Shown here piece after piece: positions 14,037-38,014 of a stretch of 64,000 nt of DNA (position 1 is its first letter; each line of letters begins with the position of its first letter). The position numbers and the translations under genes are program-made. The DNA is from the human T2T-CHM13v2.0 reference genome, Homo sapiens. Under the pieces are notes generated by a model. The model saw only the letters and a program-made list of their open reading frames with translations. It did no database searches and was not told where the DNA came from. The stretch is taken from NCBI RefSeq assembly GCF_009914755.1, contig NC_060930.1. One strand, given 5' to 3'.

Positions 14037-14299
14037 GATTTACTCCTTCCCTGTATATTAGAGCATTTACCATGCTGAAGTTGAAACAAGCCCAAATTCC
14101 AAGACATAAAAGAATTCCTAATCATATTGCCAAGCCGCCCAGCTAAAGAGAAGTAGCCTGGTTTTTGGTTTCGAATCTGTGAGTGACTGCTCTCTCACCG
14201 ATATTAGACATGTTAATCTGAGTTTCAATGGCCCTATCTGTAAAAAGGGTAAATACTTGTTAATAATTGAGTTACTTTAAGCAAAACACTGGCATATAG

Positions 14300-16474
<2,175 letters not shown>

Positions 16475-16615
16475 ATTTTGAAGACAATGGCCAAGAGACA
16501 AAAGCCTAGTTTAGAAGAGCCACCGGCCCTGCCCCCATCCCCTAACCCTCCACCCTCCTTGTTTTAGGAGACATTACTCCCTAGTGCTACGGCGCTTTCA
16601 ACTGAAATTGTTGGT

Positions 16616-16631
16616 GGCTCTGAAAAGAGCC
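16616..16631 (-). terminator. H3C7 stem-loop
   Basis: CCAAA-GGCTCTTTTCAGAGCC-ACCAA on the minus strand. Confidence 0.96.
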
Positions 16632-16665
16632 TTTGGTTTAAGTTGGCGCACACCCTCAGTACAAC

Positions 16666-17187
<522 letters not shown>

Positions 17188-17955
17188 TTATGTAGTGTGA
17201 TAGGACTTGTGATCAGCTACTAGGTCTCATTTTAGAAAATCTTAACCTATCTAAATGCTTTTTTCCCCTAGTTCCTTACATTTTATTATGTTTTATGTGC
17301 CTACCTGTATTACGTACCTTCATTGATTTTATTTTAATCAGTTTGTTTGGGATTATGTTTGACAGACGGAAATGAACGTTCTGCAGTTCCGGAGCGATTC
17401 AAAAATACCGCGTTTGAGAGTGATTGGTCCAGCTCAATGTCTCCTTTATATTTTTTAAAAAACTCTTACTTTGAAGAAATATTTTATTTTTAATATAAGT
17501 ACCCTATTTCATATGTTCTGAACCTTTCAACAAACACTGGTTTCACTTCCAGACACTCCGTTCCTAGGGGATATTAAAATCCCATCGCTCTTGAGATGTG
17601 TTCATCCTTTGATTACTGAAAAAGCTTAAATTTTTATGTAAGAATGCTAATGACCTTGATCAGATTATAAAAGAAAGCCAATGGTATAATTCTGGAAACA
17701 CGTAAATCTTTAGCTAATTTCCATTTTAGAATTAGTTATTCATAGATAATTTTAAATCCGGAAGCTGCAATTTGGTAGGAAACTAGAAACATAATATCCG
17801 TCTTTGTTTCTGTTTAAATTCTCACCTAAGGAGACAGAACTTATAGGTAGATGTTACTGGCAAGGCATTAGTTTTTCTAATGTTTTGAATGAAAAACTAC
17901 GTTTTTTCCCCCGGGAGGTGTAGAAAAGGATTTAGGGTAGGTTTCGCATAAATAT

Positions 17956-18502
<547 letters not shown>

Positions 18503-18525
18503 ATGGACGCATGTTCAAACCCAAA

Positions 18526-18541
18526 GGCTCTTTTCAGAGCC
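18526..18541 (+). terminator. H2BC9 stem-loop
   Basis: CCAAA-GGCTCTTTTCAGAGCC-ACTTA. Confidence 0.96.
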
Positions 18542-20310
18542 ACTTAATGATTTCAATTAAGAGTTTTAATGCTGGGTGCTGCTGTATTCTATGGGAGAAG
18601 TGTCGCCAATACAGGTAAAATTTTCCTACATCACCTGTTTATTCTGTGCGTTTGACAAACACTAAGCTTTTAGAGTTTATTTGTCTTTATAAAGGTGGGG
18701 TACAACTACATTGTTCAGGCTGGTCTTAAACTCAAGCAAGTTTTCCCACCTCGGCCTTGCCTTGTATTACTGAGCAGATAATTTGACACAGCAGGAAAAG
18801 TGGGCATTCTTGTTTAGGAACCAAAAACTAAGTTTGCAACTTAAAATGCAATCAATTTGGAGCAACACGTCCACCAGTCTAGAGCTGGTAAGTTTGAGTA
18901 TTCAAAATGAGTTGAAAGTACATTTAGTGCCTATAATAACCCACTCTAGATAGCATAATGTGGTCTTTGTAGGAGTCTCGTGGAAGTTAATGTTAACTGG
19001 GATATTGTAGTTTACCAAGTACCTGAGAAAAATTTAAATTTCTTAATAGATAAGGATTAGGAGACAAACTTTATGGAAATGAAAACAAAATGCCATGCAA
19101 TAAACCTTTAGTTATTTGGCAAGTAGTATGAGGGCTTCTAGCTGTCTTTGAAAAACTTAAGATTTGTAAGACAAGGAAGAGCAGAGAATATAAATAGTAA
19201 AGGGCCTGGCAACAATGTGTCTTTGTTTTTAGGTAACGTTGGTTGGCAGTCAGCAAAAAGGCCAGGCTCAGGCAGTCTTAACTTGAAAACGCTAACAGGA
19301 ATCACCAAAACTATGTATACAACTCCTGCTGTGGGTTTTTTAAATATCAAGATTACCGATTTTAATGGTAGGGTAATATAGACTGAAATCCCCACATTCC
19401 TCCACCCTCATGGGCATTTCTCTTGGCTCATAAAATATGGGGGTAGCAGGAGGAAAGGGAAGAGTATATTAAGAGCCTATATCTGAGAGGTACGTTCAGT
19501 TTTTCCTCAAAAGTATCTGGTGGTTGGACTAGTAATTTATTCATTTATTGAGAACCTATTAAATTACAGAAAATACTTAGTAAAGAGCAGTGAGAAAGAT
19601 AGAAACTATCCCTGTCCTTTACCTGGATTGAAATCTAAAGTGGATATTTGTACAATAAACTCACAAACTAAAGAAAGAAACGTAAGTCTGAAGGTCACGT
19701 TTTTCTTTTAACCGGCTTTTGATGGGACTGAATTTAAATTGCCAAAAGGTGAATTAACATAATCTTGAAAACTTGCAAGTTCCTGGAGGCAGTTCTGGAG
19801 GGAGGGTGGAGCAAAAGAGATGGCAGAAGAAGAGGAGCCAGCAGCACTGGAATTCAAAAGTAGACATTCTTGCCTCCTCCCTAGTGGACAGGGAGGAGGG
19901 GTGGGGAGAGCACAAGAGAGCCGTGACAGAGGAAGGGAGAGAGCACAGAGTTTAAGTCTATATTGATGGAACTATGGTTACAAATAGGGGCTACCCATTT
20001 ATATTCTCATCTGGCCATGTCTCATCAGTGATTTACAAGGATTTCATAGAAGTGCTTTAATAAAATGTACAACCTCACTGAAATATAGAAAGTAATACTA
20101 TAAGACAGCAAATATTGTATATTTATGCAAATAATTTTTTAATAAAAGGTTTTTTTAATGTCCACCTGTGTGAGTTAGTATTTGATACCTCTGGAAGTAA
20201 CAACTTAAAATAGTTACTAGTTAATAAAAATGAAAGTCTACTTTTCCCTCACACAAAGCTAATACAGCTCAGACATGGGAGTTCGAATATCCTTAGAAAT
20301 TCCCTCTCAC

Positions 20311-20919
<609 letters not shown>

Positions 20920-21911
20920 TTTTTTTCTCTCTCTCTGTATATATATATATATATCATATATACATAAAATGTGTGTTTGTCCTCTATATATAATGTGTTT
21001 CTTATTATTTGGAATTCTCTCAAATATATTCTGCTATTGAATTCTCCCATGGAGGACCAACCTAACAAATGGGACAGATGAAATTCACAAGAAGTGTTAA
21101 GTATTACCTATACAAGAAGTCTGTGAGATGTAGACAAAATTCAAAACCTATATTCATAATCAGTCATAGATCAGTAGCCTGTGAGACGTGTTAGACATAG
21201 AGAAAGTCAGTAGGGCTTGTGTGTGCACTACTCAGAGACAGGAAGAGATGAAAGAACCAAAAACTGCTGGATATTTATGAGACACCACATATTTATAAAG
21301 TACTCAATATTTATGGGGTCATAAATTGACCGCCCACTGTTAACATCCATTTTCGCTGGTTTCATTGGCCCTCTACAGACAGCATGCATATAAAAGGCAT
21401 GGCTGGTCAGTATGCCACTATTGAGCAATATAAGTGGCTGTATACCAATAGAGCAAGCATGTGTTGGCTCCACATAATTTGCATCTGCTGACTCCTTTGC
21501 TTATCATGAACTCTGTTTCTCGAAATCACCCTCTCAGTGGGGAAAATATGCAAGGGGGAGAGAGAAACCTCACACATATGACATGCATAACCAAGGATTC
21601 AGGTAGTGAGACTGTGTCATTTGCAACCTATCTGAAATGTGTTCACTTGCCAAAGCTCTTTCCGCTTGTTTCTAGCTATATGTTTCAAATTGATTCAATA
21701 AAATTAAATAAGCCGTGGAGCTCAGGAAACTTACATTGGGCTATGAGACTTTCTATTCATAGCCTCTGGAACAGCCTCCCTGGTAGCGTATTTGGAGGCT
21801 ATCATTGCATTAAAGTAGTTTTCCGCATGACATTGTAATTTTGTCTTTCTGAATATATCCCTGTTCCAGCTCCAGCTATCATGTTTACATTTAATCCTGA
21901 AGGAAGGGAAG

Positions 21912-23253
<1,342 letters not shown>

Positions 23254-23401
23254 ACCTTTTGCTTTAAACAGTTCAGCTTTCTCATTTCAAGGTACTCTGC
23301 GTTGTTCCTCAAAGCCTTTCACATCTGAAATGCCCACATTACTTGAATCAAACCACAAAGGTGAACCACACATGGTCCTTATTATCTAGGATATGAAACA
23401 T

Positions 23402-23455
23402 TGTCCCATGGAGAAAATAATGTCCCATGGAGAAAATATTGTCCCATGGAGAAAA
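23402..23455. repeat. 19-bp tandem repeat, about 2.8 copies
   Basis: tgtcccatggagaaaata(a/t) starting at 23402, 23421 and 23440. Confidence 0.95.
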
Positions 23456-24071
23456 CAACTTATCAAACAAAAATAACCAAAAAGGTCAGAATATATTTTT
23501 CTTGTTTTTGTTTAAGCCCTTCTTCTTGCACACTGAAGAATATAAAGAATTTATTCAAGCACAAAGCATAAGGATTGAACACCTGGAAATACCAATTCCA
23601 AAGTGATAGAGATAGCATTCTGAAATAGGGAAGTTCAGATTTCGTTTATAAAGTTAGAGGAGCTTTTAGCAAGGCTCTGCACAACTTCAGGGGAGAATAG
23701 CTGAAGGCAACTGTTCTCTAACCTTGAGGCAGAGGGTAAGGAGCAAGTGCAAGGGAGCAAGGGGAAATTATCTTGATCAGGCTTGTTTGAAGTTATCCTG
23801 GAATTGACCTTTGAACATCCGTGTGTGCGTGTGTGCGTGACATTCCCTGAAAGGGGAACAATAAATATTAATTACCCACAGATTGTGTTTGCCCCAGGCT
23901 TTCGGCATTCTGCCTGCACTGAATAAAAGCAAGCAGCTCCAGCTTCTCGGGGCTGCACTTTGGCCACTTGAGCCAGGCAGTCTCCTAGCTGCTCTTACAC
24001 ACTGCATAGCTGTGTGTGAGTACTCTTTTCATCCATCAGTCAGCCAGGGTCTGCAGGACAGATCCGGCAAG

Positions 24072-24089
24072 TGGTGCCCTGTATGAGGA
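24072..24089 (+). other. Primer-binding site for elongator tRNA-Met
   Basis: TGGTGCCCTGTATGAGGA versus the tRNA-Met complement TGGTGCCCCGTGTGAGGA (2 mismatches), just after the 5' LTR. Confidence 0.85.
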
Positions 24090-24202
24090 ATGCTGCAACG
24101 GATCTGGACTGAACCCTCAAAAATAAAGTGACTGCTCAGTAAGTAATTGGTCCCCACTGGGGATTTCTAAGTTCGAGGGGATTTTCAAGCTAGGGTTTCA
24201 TC

Positions 24203-25514
24203 ATGGGACAACAGTTATAAGCTCAACAGCAACAGTAGATAAAAGTATTGAAACAGCTGCTTAAAGCTAGTGGAGACTTGGTTTCGGAGGCTCAATTAAG
24301 GGATGTAATGCAAACTGTTGTATTCCATAACCCATGGTTCCCAGAAGAAGGCACACTAGACCTAGGGCTCTGGGAGCAATTGGGAAGAAATCTTAAACAA
24401 CATTATGTACAAGGGCAACAGGTCCCAGTAACATCTTTAATGTTATGGGCTTTAGTTAGGGCTGCTTTGGCCCTGCTCTACACAGAAGAGCCTAAAAAAG
24501 GAGGGGAGGAAGAACCATCATCTACCTTACTGCCTCCTCCTCCTCCCTCAGCCCCGCCATTACCCGGGTAAAGATACCAAAGAGGAGACGGAGGATTTTC
24601 CTAATTCCCCTCCCCCAATAAATCGGGAAGAAGACAAGAGATATACTACAGTTATGGGACCCTGTCTTAGGCAAGCAGCATTAGAAGGGGAGCTCCTGGC
24701 TTGTCCTGTGATGGAAGATCAACAGGCCAATTGGGTACATGAGCCTATTACTTTCAACACTTTTAAGGAAATCAGGAAAAGCATTAGAGAAAATGGACCT
24801 GCTAGCCCATTCACAAGAGGATTAATTGAGGTCATAGCAGATAACTACCATATTGACTCCATGGGACTGGTCAGTGCTAGCTAAAACAACTTTAGAGGCC
24901 CATCAATACCTCCTCTAGAGGGCAGAATATAATGAATTGTGCAAACAACAGGCTAACCAGAATCAATTGGCAGGACAGAACATCAGCTGCTATGCTCCAG
25001 GGGAGGGGTCCCTATGTTAATGTACAACAACAATTAAATTTTGTCCCTCAAGCCTATGCGCTACTGTCTTTGTGCACTCACAGGGCCTGGGACCAAATTC
25101 CCGAAGGTAGAGTTCAACAGGGATCTTTTATAAATGTTCCACAAGGTCGTTAGGAGCCATTTGTTGAATTTATCTATCAGTTAACCCAGGCAATTAAGAG
25201 ACAAATTAGTCATGCCAAGACCGCTGATATCTTATTGTTGCAATTGGCCCATGAAAATGTTAATGTGGATTGCCAGCAAGCAATGCAAGCAGTCACAGGG
25301 AAAGCAGCTACAGTAGGGGAACTCATACGAGCATGTCAGCTGGTGGGGACTGAAACACACAAAGCCAGAATATTGGCTATGGCATTAAAGCCTCCAAAAG
25401 TAAAAAGGGATAAAAATCCAAATTGTTTTCAGTGAGGAAAGCCAGGTCATATGAAGCGGGAATGCCCCAATAGTAAAGACCAAAGTAACTCAGGAAAAGA
25501 ACCCCTTTCTATAT
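24203..25514 (+). pseudogene. HML-5 gag, disrupted
   Basis: ATG-GGA (MG) start; matrix motif NPWFPEEGTLDL; PSAP late domain; capsid fragments; zinc-knuckle remnant CFQ*GKPGHMKREC; many stops and frameshifts. Confidence 0.85.
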
Positions 25515-26440
25515 AAGGACAAGCCATAAAACAGAAAAGGGGGAATATGAGTAAGGACCCTGCAACACTACTAGCACAAGGCTTATTTACCCTTAACTTC
25601 CTAAATTTAAACGATAAATTTCAATCAGCCATAGAAAAGCACTTTGCAAAAACCTTTCAAAACATAAAACCTTTACTTTTTATGGAAAGATGTAAATAGT
25701 AAGCTATGGTGAGGTCCAAATGATTTGTTAACGTGGGGAAGAGGATATGCTTGTGTTCACACCCCCTCAGGTCCTCTTTGGATTTCTGCGCGACATATGA
25801 AACCATACCATGGCATGGCTGGAACCCAACCCGGTACCAAAAATAAAGGAAATGACCCTGCAGGACCTGCAGCCCCAAAACGATGCGGCTTCCTCGGACG
25901 ACACAGGCCCCGGACATTATGCTGAAGAAGACAACTCAGGAAGCTGAGCAAATCCTGCTCCAGACACAAACGCCATTCACTCCAGATAATCTGTTCCTTG
26001 CTATGCCCTCCGTTGTACATTGCAACACTCGCAGGGTATTGGTTTTTCTTATTCTCTCACTCTGCCTGCAACTCGTACCTGCTACACTCTATTAGGCCCA
26101 TCTTCTAGATCCACCTTTCTTCCGCCCTGTTACTTGGGCAGACACCCCCTTCCCAGCTTCTACCAATGTGACTGCTTGGGTAGGAGGGATAAACATACCC
26201 CTGGTGGGGTTCCTCAGTAACAGCCCTATAGAACAATGTGCAAAATCACCTCTCCTGGATAGACCCCCACTCCTGTGGGTCACTCTTTGATTGGAAATGA
26301 ATATTACTGATTATACTCACGCTTGTCTTATGTTACCTACTGCTTCTGGGATGCAAAGCTGGAACACAAGCTGTAACCGCTGCACCTGTCAAGCTTGTCA
26401 CTGCACACATCTGTATTCTTCAATCAACAAAACCTGATGC
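25515..26440 (+). pseudogene. HML-5 integrase C-terminus and env remnants
   Basis: LTWGRGYACVHTPSGPLWISARHMKPY (integrase CTD); LKKTTQEAEQILLQTQTPFTPDNLFLAM (env leader); jump to the TM end near 26222. Confidence 0.8.
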
Positions 26441-26968
26441 AAAAACAGAAAAGGGGGAGATGTAGGAGATCAGTCAGAGTGGTGAGAGAAACTGTAAGGA
26501 AAGGAGCAGGCCTTCTGAAGGGTCAGAAGGCTCTGCATAGCTTCGGGGAAGAATAGCTAAAGGCAGCTGTTCTCTAACCCTGAAGCAGAGGGTGAGGAGT
26601 ATGTGCAAGGGGGTGAAGGTGAAATTATCTTGATCAGGTTTGTTCGTTTGAAGTTGTCCAGGAATTGAACTTTGAACATCCGTGTGACTGACGTCCCCTG
26701 AAAGGGGAACAATATGTTAATTACCCACAGATTGTGTTTGCTCCAGGCTTTCGGCATTCTGCCTGCACTGAATAAAAGCAAGCAGCTCCAGCTTCTGGGG
26801 GCTGCACTTTGGCCACTTGATCCAGGCAGTCCCCTAGCTGCTACACTGCATACCTGTGTGTGAGTACTCCTTTCATCCATCAGTCAGCCAGTGTCTGTGG
26901 GGCAGACCCCGCAAAGCAGGACAACAAAGGGGAGGTTAAACAAGGATCATTAATTAAGAAGCCAGGGC

Positions 26969-27550
26969 CAGGCAAGTTGGCTCACACCAGCATTTTGGGA
27001 GGCCGAGGTGGGTGGACCACGAGGTCAGGAGTTCAAGACCAGCCTGGCCAAGATGGTGAAGCCCCATCTCTACTAAAAAATACAAAAATTAGCCGGGTAT
27101 GGTGGCAGGTGCCTGTAATCCCAGCTACTCGGGAGGCTGAGGCAGGAGAATTGCTTGAACCAAGGGGCAGAGGTTGCAGTGAGCCAAGATCATGCCGCTG
27201 CACTCCAGCTTGGCTGATAGAGTGAGACTCCGTCTCAAAAAAAAAAAAAAAGGCAGGAGACTTTTGTCCCTAATGCCTAATGTTGCTTAATTCTGGACAT
27301 GACATTGTATATAACAAGAAAAAAGAGAACTCAAGTTATCTCATCTCTCTCAAGCTTAATGTGTTTTGGGAATTCCAACAGCTGGTTTTTTTGTGTGTTT
27401 TTTTTTCTTAAGGAAATGAGGTCTCATTTTGTCACCCAGCCTGGAGTGCAGTGGCACAATCATAGCTCACTGCAGCCTCCAGCTCATATCTCTAATGACT
27501 CTCCCACCTCAGCCTCCAGAGTAGGACGGGCTACAGGAATGCACCATCAC
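26969..27550. mobile_element. Alu (about 26969-27250 plus) and partial Alu (about 27400-27550 minus)
   Basis: Alu consensus sequence. Confidence 0.85.
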
Positions 27551-27932
27551 ATCATATTTTATTTATTTTCACAAACTATAGCACAGCAGTGGAATATGCT
27601 TAACATTAGGAGAGTTTTGAGACCCACTACCCGGGTTGAAATTTGTTACATCATTTTTATTAACTGGATGACTTTAGGCATTATGCAGAAACATTCAGCT
27701 TGTTTCCTCATTTACAAAATAGAAACAATGGATTTTCGTAATGATGAGGCGATTGCTCAAGCTTAGTTAGAGTTGGGTCTAACAAAGAATTCTGACTTCT
27801 ATTTCACTTTTCTTTCTACCAGTATCAAGAACAAAATGGGGGCTTCTGCACAGCAACTTCAGAAGATAAGCAGATTTTCTGGAAATGGATTTAGAGCAAG
27901 AGAGGATATCTAAAATCAAAGATATATGACAC

Positions 27933-28491
27933 TGCTGGGGCTCAGAAACTGATATCCCAAAATATTGCACTTTGACATGCTGAACTGAAGAAGCTACAAG
28001 GTCTCTCTGACCTTCTCCCCACCCCTCCTGTCTCTCAATCCTTTCCGTCTCCCAAAGCACAGGATGAAGTTGTTTTCAGAAGTTCCTTATCTGCCTAAAG
28101 TCCAAACCTGCCAAAGAATACAATTATCTTTAGTCTCTACTCTGAGTTTTCATTAAATGAACTAATATCACAGGGAGAAACACAAGCCTGTCAACAAACC
28201 TAGATAGATTTTGTCACAAACCACTGTCTACTCTGCAGCCCTAACAGACATTGTCCCAGGCCCTTGCATGTTCTTCAAGCCCATTGAATTCCCCTACAAA
28301 TCATTTATTATATCCCTAAAAACACTTCTCAAGCTCCCATTTCCCTAGGAAGTAGAATAAACATCTATGTCCAATTGCAGTATTGGGTGATCACTCTATC
28401 CACCCCCCTCTGCAGTGTACACGTTAATAATTTCATATGCCTTTTATTAATTCTGGTCATTAATTTAACCTTTTTCTTCTTTGGGGCCCAC
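27933..28491 (+). mobile_element. MER39-like solo LTR (ERV1)
   Basis: tgctggggctcagaaactgatatcccaaaatattgcactttgacatgctgaactgaagaagc...aaggtctctctgacctt resembles recalled MER39/MER39B start. Confidence 0.6.
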
Positions 28492-29071
28492 GTTGAAACC
28501 TCTATTTTCAACTTCTCTTCCAGTTAGGTGTGGCCTTTTAGCTAAGTTCCTGCCAATGGAACATAAACACAAGTAAAGATTGACATTTCCAGGCCTGGGA
28601 CATAATAACTTTCCACGAAGGATTTTTCCATGTTCTTTCCCCTTGCAGGGCAAATGTAGAAGCCACATTTAGGATGGCTAAGCCACAAAGACAGAGGGCA
28701 TCTAGGTTCCAGAACCACTGCTAGAAGAAAGAGGGACCTGCTGATCTAGAATACCCTTTTTGAACCTCATATCCGCAGAAAATAAACTTGTATTTATCTT
28801 AACTAGTATGCTCTGCACCAAAGAAGGGTCTAGATTCTTAATTTCTAAAAGGAAATGCATTCACTTGTTGCTGGATGAATCTTCAGGTCAAAACACTTCA
28901 TCTGTAAAAGAAACATAAGATTTCATGGAGAGAAACAAAGCAAAATGTGGACTTCTTAAGAGTTAACCAGAGGAGAGGAAGCTATATTCACATCTATCAG
29001 CAGTAGAACTTCTGTCCACAGCCTAGTGATCTTTCAAATGTGGATGTGACCATAAGGATGAGGTAGTTTCA

Positions 29072-30946
<1,875 letters not shown>

Positions 30947-31018
30947 TCAATGTTTCTTCTCTCTGGTATGATCTTCCTACAGCTGTATAAAGAACTCACT
31001 CTCTTCTCTGCTCAGTCT

Positions 31019-31894
<876 letters not shown>

Positions 31895-31951
31895 GCCTTG
31901 TTGGCCTAAAAGAAAGATGCAGAGGCACAAATCATAACTTAAAGAATTTAT

Positions 31952-34824
<2,873 letters not shown>

Positions 34825-34864
34825 TAAATAGCAGATAACATATATAAAATAGATGAAATGATAT

Positions 34865-35802
34865 TGAAATTGTCATTGCAACATTGTAACTGAGACAAAG
34901 AGATCTGACCTAACCAACTCCATCTTGCTTCTAACCTTCAAGCTGTCCTTGTTCACTCCTGGGTGTAGGCTGAACTACCTTTGGGAGGAACTTAGTTTAT
35001 AGTTTAAAACTAATATGATAACAGCCCTTTCCCAAAACAAACCTCCTTGCCTGGGGACTAGACTGCCTTTGTAGGACTAACAAATTACTCACAAGATTAG
35101 AAATTATGGTTTAGGGGTAGGTCGTAATGGCTCACGCCTGTAATCCCAACATTTTGGGAGGCGAAAGCGGGTGGATCACTTGAGGTCCAGAGTTCGAGAC
35201 CAGCCTGGCCAATATGAGGAAACCTCGTCTCTACTAAAACTACAAAAATTGGCTGGGCATGGTGGCGCGCGCCTGTAATCCCAGCTGCTTGGGAGGCTGA
35301 ACAGGAGAATCGCTCGAACCTGGGAGGCAGAGTTTACAGTCTCCATCCTGGGCAACGCAGTGAGACTGTCTCAAAGAAAAAAAAAAACACACACATTATG
35401 GTTTAGGAGTCCTGCAGCTGGAACCTACAAGATTCTGACCCCACGTAAACTGCTCCTAAGATCAGTGCTTGAGATATTTTGCAGACCTGATGGATCAGTT
35501 GGCCCCACCCAGATTGGTAAACTGACTCATCCGATCTTGTGGCCTCCACCCAGAAACTGACTCAGCCCAAGGAGACACCTTCAGCTCCCTATAATGACAT
35601 CTCTGACCTGACCAATCAGGACTCCTGGTTCATCGGCTTCCCCCCCATCTGGAATGCTGGGGAGACTGATTTGAGTAACAATAAAACTACGGTCTCCCGC
35701 ACAGCTGGCTCGGCGTGAATTACTTTCTCTATTGCAATTCCCTGCCTAGATAAATCAGCTTTGTCTAGGCAGTGGGCAAGGTGAACCCATTAGGCAGTTT
35801 CA
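34865..35802 (+). mobile_element. LTR8 solo LTR with an internal Alu (about 35120-35387)
   Basis: aaagagatctgacctaaccaactccatcttgcttctaacc...tttgggaggaacttagtttatagttt and end gggcaaggtgaacccattaggcagtttca match recalled LTR8. Confidence 0.75.
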
Positions 35803-37354
35803 TTATTTGCTTTACAAAAATCAATAGATAAAACACTTAGCCAATGTTGTTATTGAAGCTGGATGAGAGGAACATAGGTTTTATTAAACTATTATCTCCT
35901 TTCCCATATATTCTGGAATGTCAAATAAGTTTTTAAAATAAAAGCAATATGTGAAAAAAAATGACAAGTTGCTAAATTAATAAAGATCATAAAGAAGGAT
36001 CTGCTGAATACCCAAACAGGGCCTTGTGCTAATCTGTAAAGGAAGGGTTCTATATGAAAACATATCTTGGTTGTATGCCAAGCAGCCCAGGATGGTATGT
36101 GTTCCTCCTTGTAACATCCCTAAAAACCTGATACTTCCAATCACTAAAAGGACCTCGGTGGTTCAAAAAAACAAAAAACAAAACAAAACAAAAAAGAAAA
36201 AACTTACATTAGTGTTGCCCTAAGAAATTCTTATAAAAGCCAGGTGTTGAAAGATAGTCAAGCAAGCCAGAAAGTCTTTAGAGACCAGTATATTCTCTCT
36301 GAAGGCAAACTACAAGGAAACTGATTCAATTAGAAAACTGCTAAGCCTAGAGTCAAACCAGAGCTAATAAGAGTATTAAAATTTATGTAGCAAGGAGTCT
36401 CAGCCCCAGCTGTTAGAAGCACCTGAATTTTAATAATTACCATTCCCTGGGCCCACTCTAGATTGCTATTAGTCTCATTGAACCCCAGGTAAAGATTTTT
36501 CTAAAGCCTTCCCATGTGACTGTAATGTTACATTGAGAAAACTGATCTGTAAAGAAATCAAACTATTTTAGGGGATTGTTCTGTGCACTTGCTTTAGAGA
36601 ACATTTCATAGAATATTTCATTCTGTAACATAAATAAACATGCATTTTGCAAAAGCTCACTCCTTGTAAGAGTTCACAGGCAGGATGCCTTTACTGATGA
36701 GACCAAAACCAACAACCTAGGCTTCCTAAATCAGTGTTCATGAGAATCATCTGAGGTATATGCAGATTGACTCCAGCCCTAGATGGGGATTGAAACAAGC
36801 TCCCATGTAATGCCCTGGGAGCTTCTAACAAGTTCCCACGTAATGCCCATGCTGCCAGTAATGTAGAGGCCAATCTGGCTTTCGTTTCTGCCGCCAATTT
36901 CTAATATTGAATTAAAAAATGGATCATTTCACAGAAAAACCAAGAACTGTTTAAAAAAAGGGGGAATTGTGGAAATAGCTGCTTCAGACACGAAAAAGCA
37001 GCAACCAAGGATATCCCTACCTACTCTCAACTGCCAATGCTCATACCTGTAAAGTTTTAAAAGGGATTAACCAGAAATACACAACGAAAAAAAATCCCAT
37101 CTATAATGGGTGTAAGTAGACAACGCGACTAACGCTTGAGACAATGTATATAAACGCCCCCAGGTGGCCCCTTCCACTACCAAATCGAAGCTCCAAACCC
37201 CTAAAAGCCAGTTTAGAAAAGGACGCTGACAATCTGGCACTTTCGGGAAAAAGCACGGGAACAAATATAGCAAGCTTACCATTAACTTTAGCCAATCAAA
37301 TGAGGACTTAAGTACTAAAACCAATGTTTAGTTTCAAAGATTTGATTAGTTAAT

Positions 37355-37397
37355 CACAGCTATTTTCGGGTGAAAGTAGGCGGCTCTTAAAAGAGCC
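37355..37397 (-). terminator. H3C8 stem-loop and HDE
   Basis: GGCTCTTTTAAGAGCC 37397-37382; GAAAATAGCTGTG 37367-37355. Confidence 0.93.
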
Positions 37398-37432
37398 TTT
37401 TTAAGTTGGATAGAATTACTGCCCGGAAACCT

Positions 37433-37849
<417 letters not shown>

Positions 37850-37895
37850 CTACCTGAAAGAAAAACTCAGCCACTTGGCAGAGTGGAAACTGCCC

Positions 37896-38014
37896 TTATA
37901 TATACTCAGAAACATTCTAATTGGCCTTGTTGATTTTCAAAAGTCCCGCGCAACAAAACCATTGGCTGAAGAGTCCAACGATGTGATTGGTGAATTACTG
38001 GAAAATCTGATTGG
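37896..38014 (-). promoter_or_regulatory. H3C8 promoter: TATA and four CCAAT boxes
   Basis: TATATATAA 37904-37896; attgg on the plus strand at 37920, 37961, 37986, 38010. Confidence 0.85.

Larger units (their letters stand above)
23671..26913 (+). mobile_element. Internally deleted HERV-K(HML-5)/HERVK22 provirus with LTR22-type LTRs
   Basis: Direct-repeat LTRs 23671-24069 (5'-truncated) and 26461-26913 (TG...CA); PBS 24072-24089; PPT aaaagggggaga ending 26460; betaretroviral gag, integrase and env remnants. Family from recalled LTR22 start TGTAGGAGATC and the Met PBS. Confidence 0.88.

Noticed and set aside
18612-18620. Splice-donor-like CAG|GTAAAA after the H2BC9 stem-loop
   Set aside because: Weak match, and I could not pair it with a convincing acceptor and poly(A) signal.
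23402-23455. Short direct repeats as a CRISPR-like array
   Set aside because: No spacers, under three copies, eukaryotic context; a simple tandem repeat.
24072-24089. Link between the HML-5 Met PBS and the tRNA-Met gene in this window
   Set aside because: The PBS matches elongator tRNA-Met. The local gene is initiator tRNA, whose complement would be TGGTAGCAGAGGATGG.
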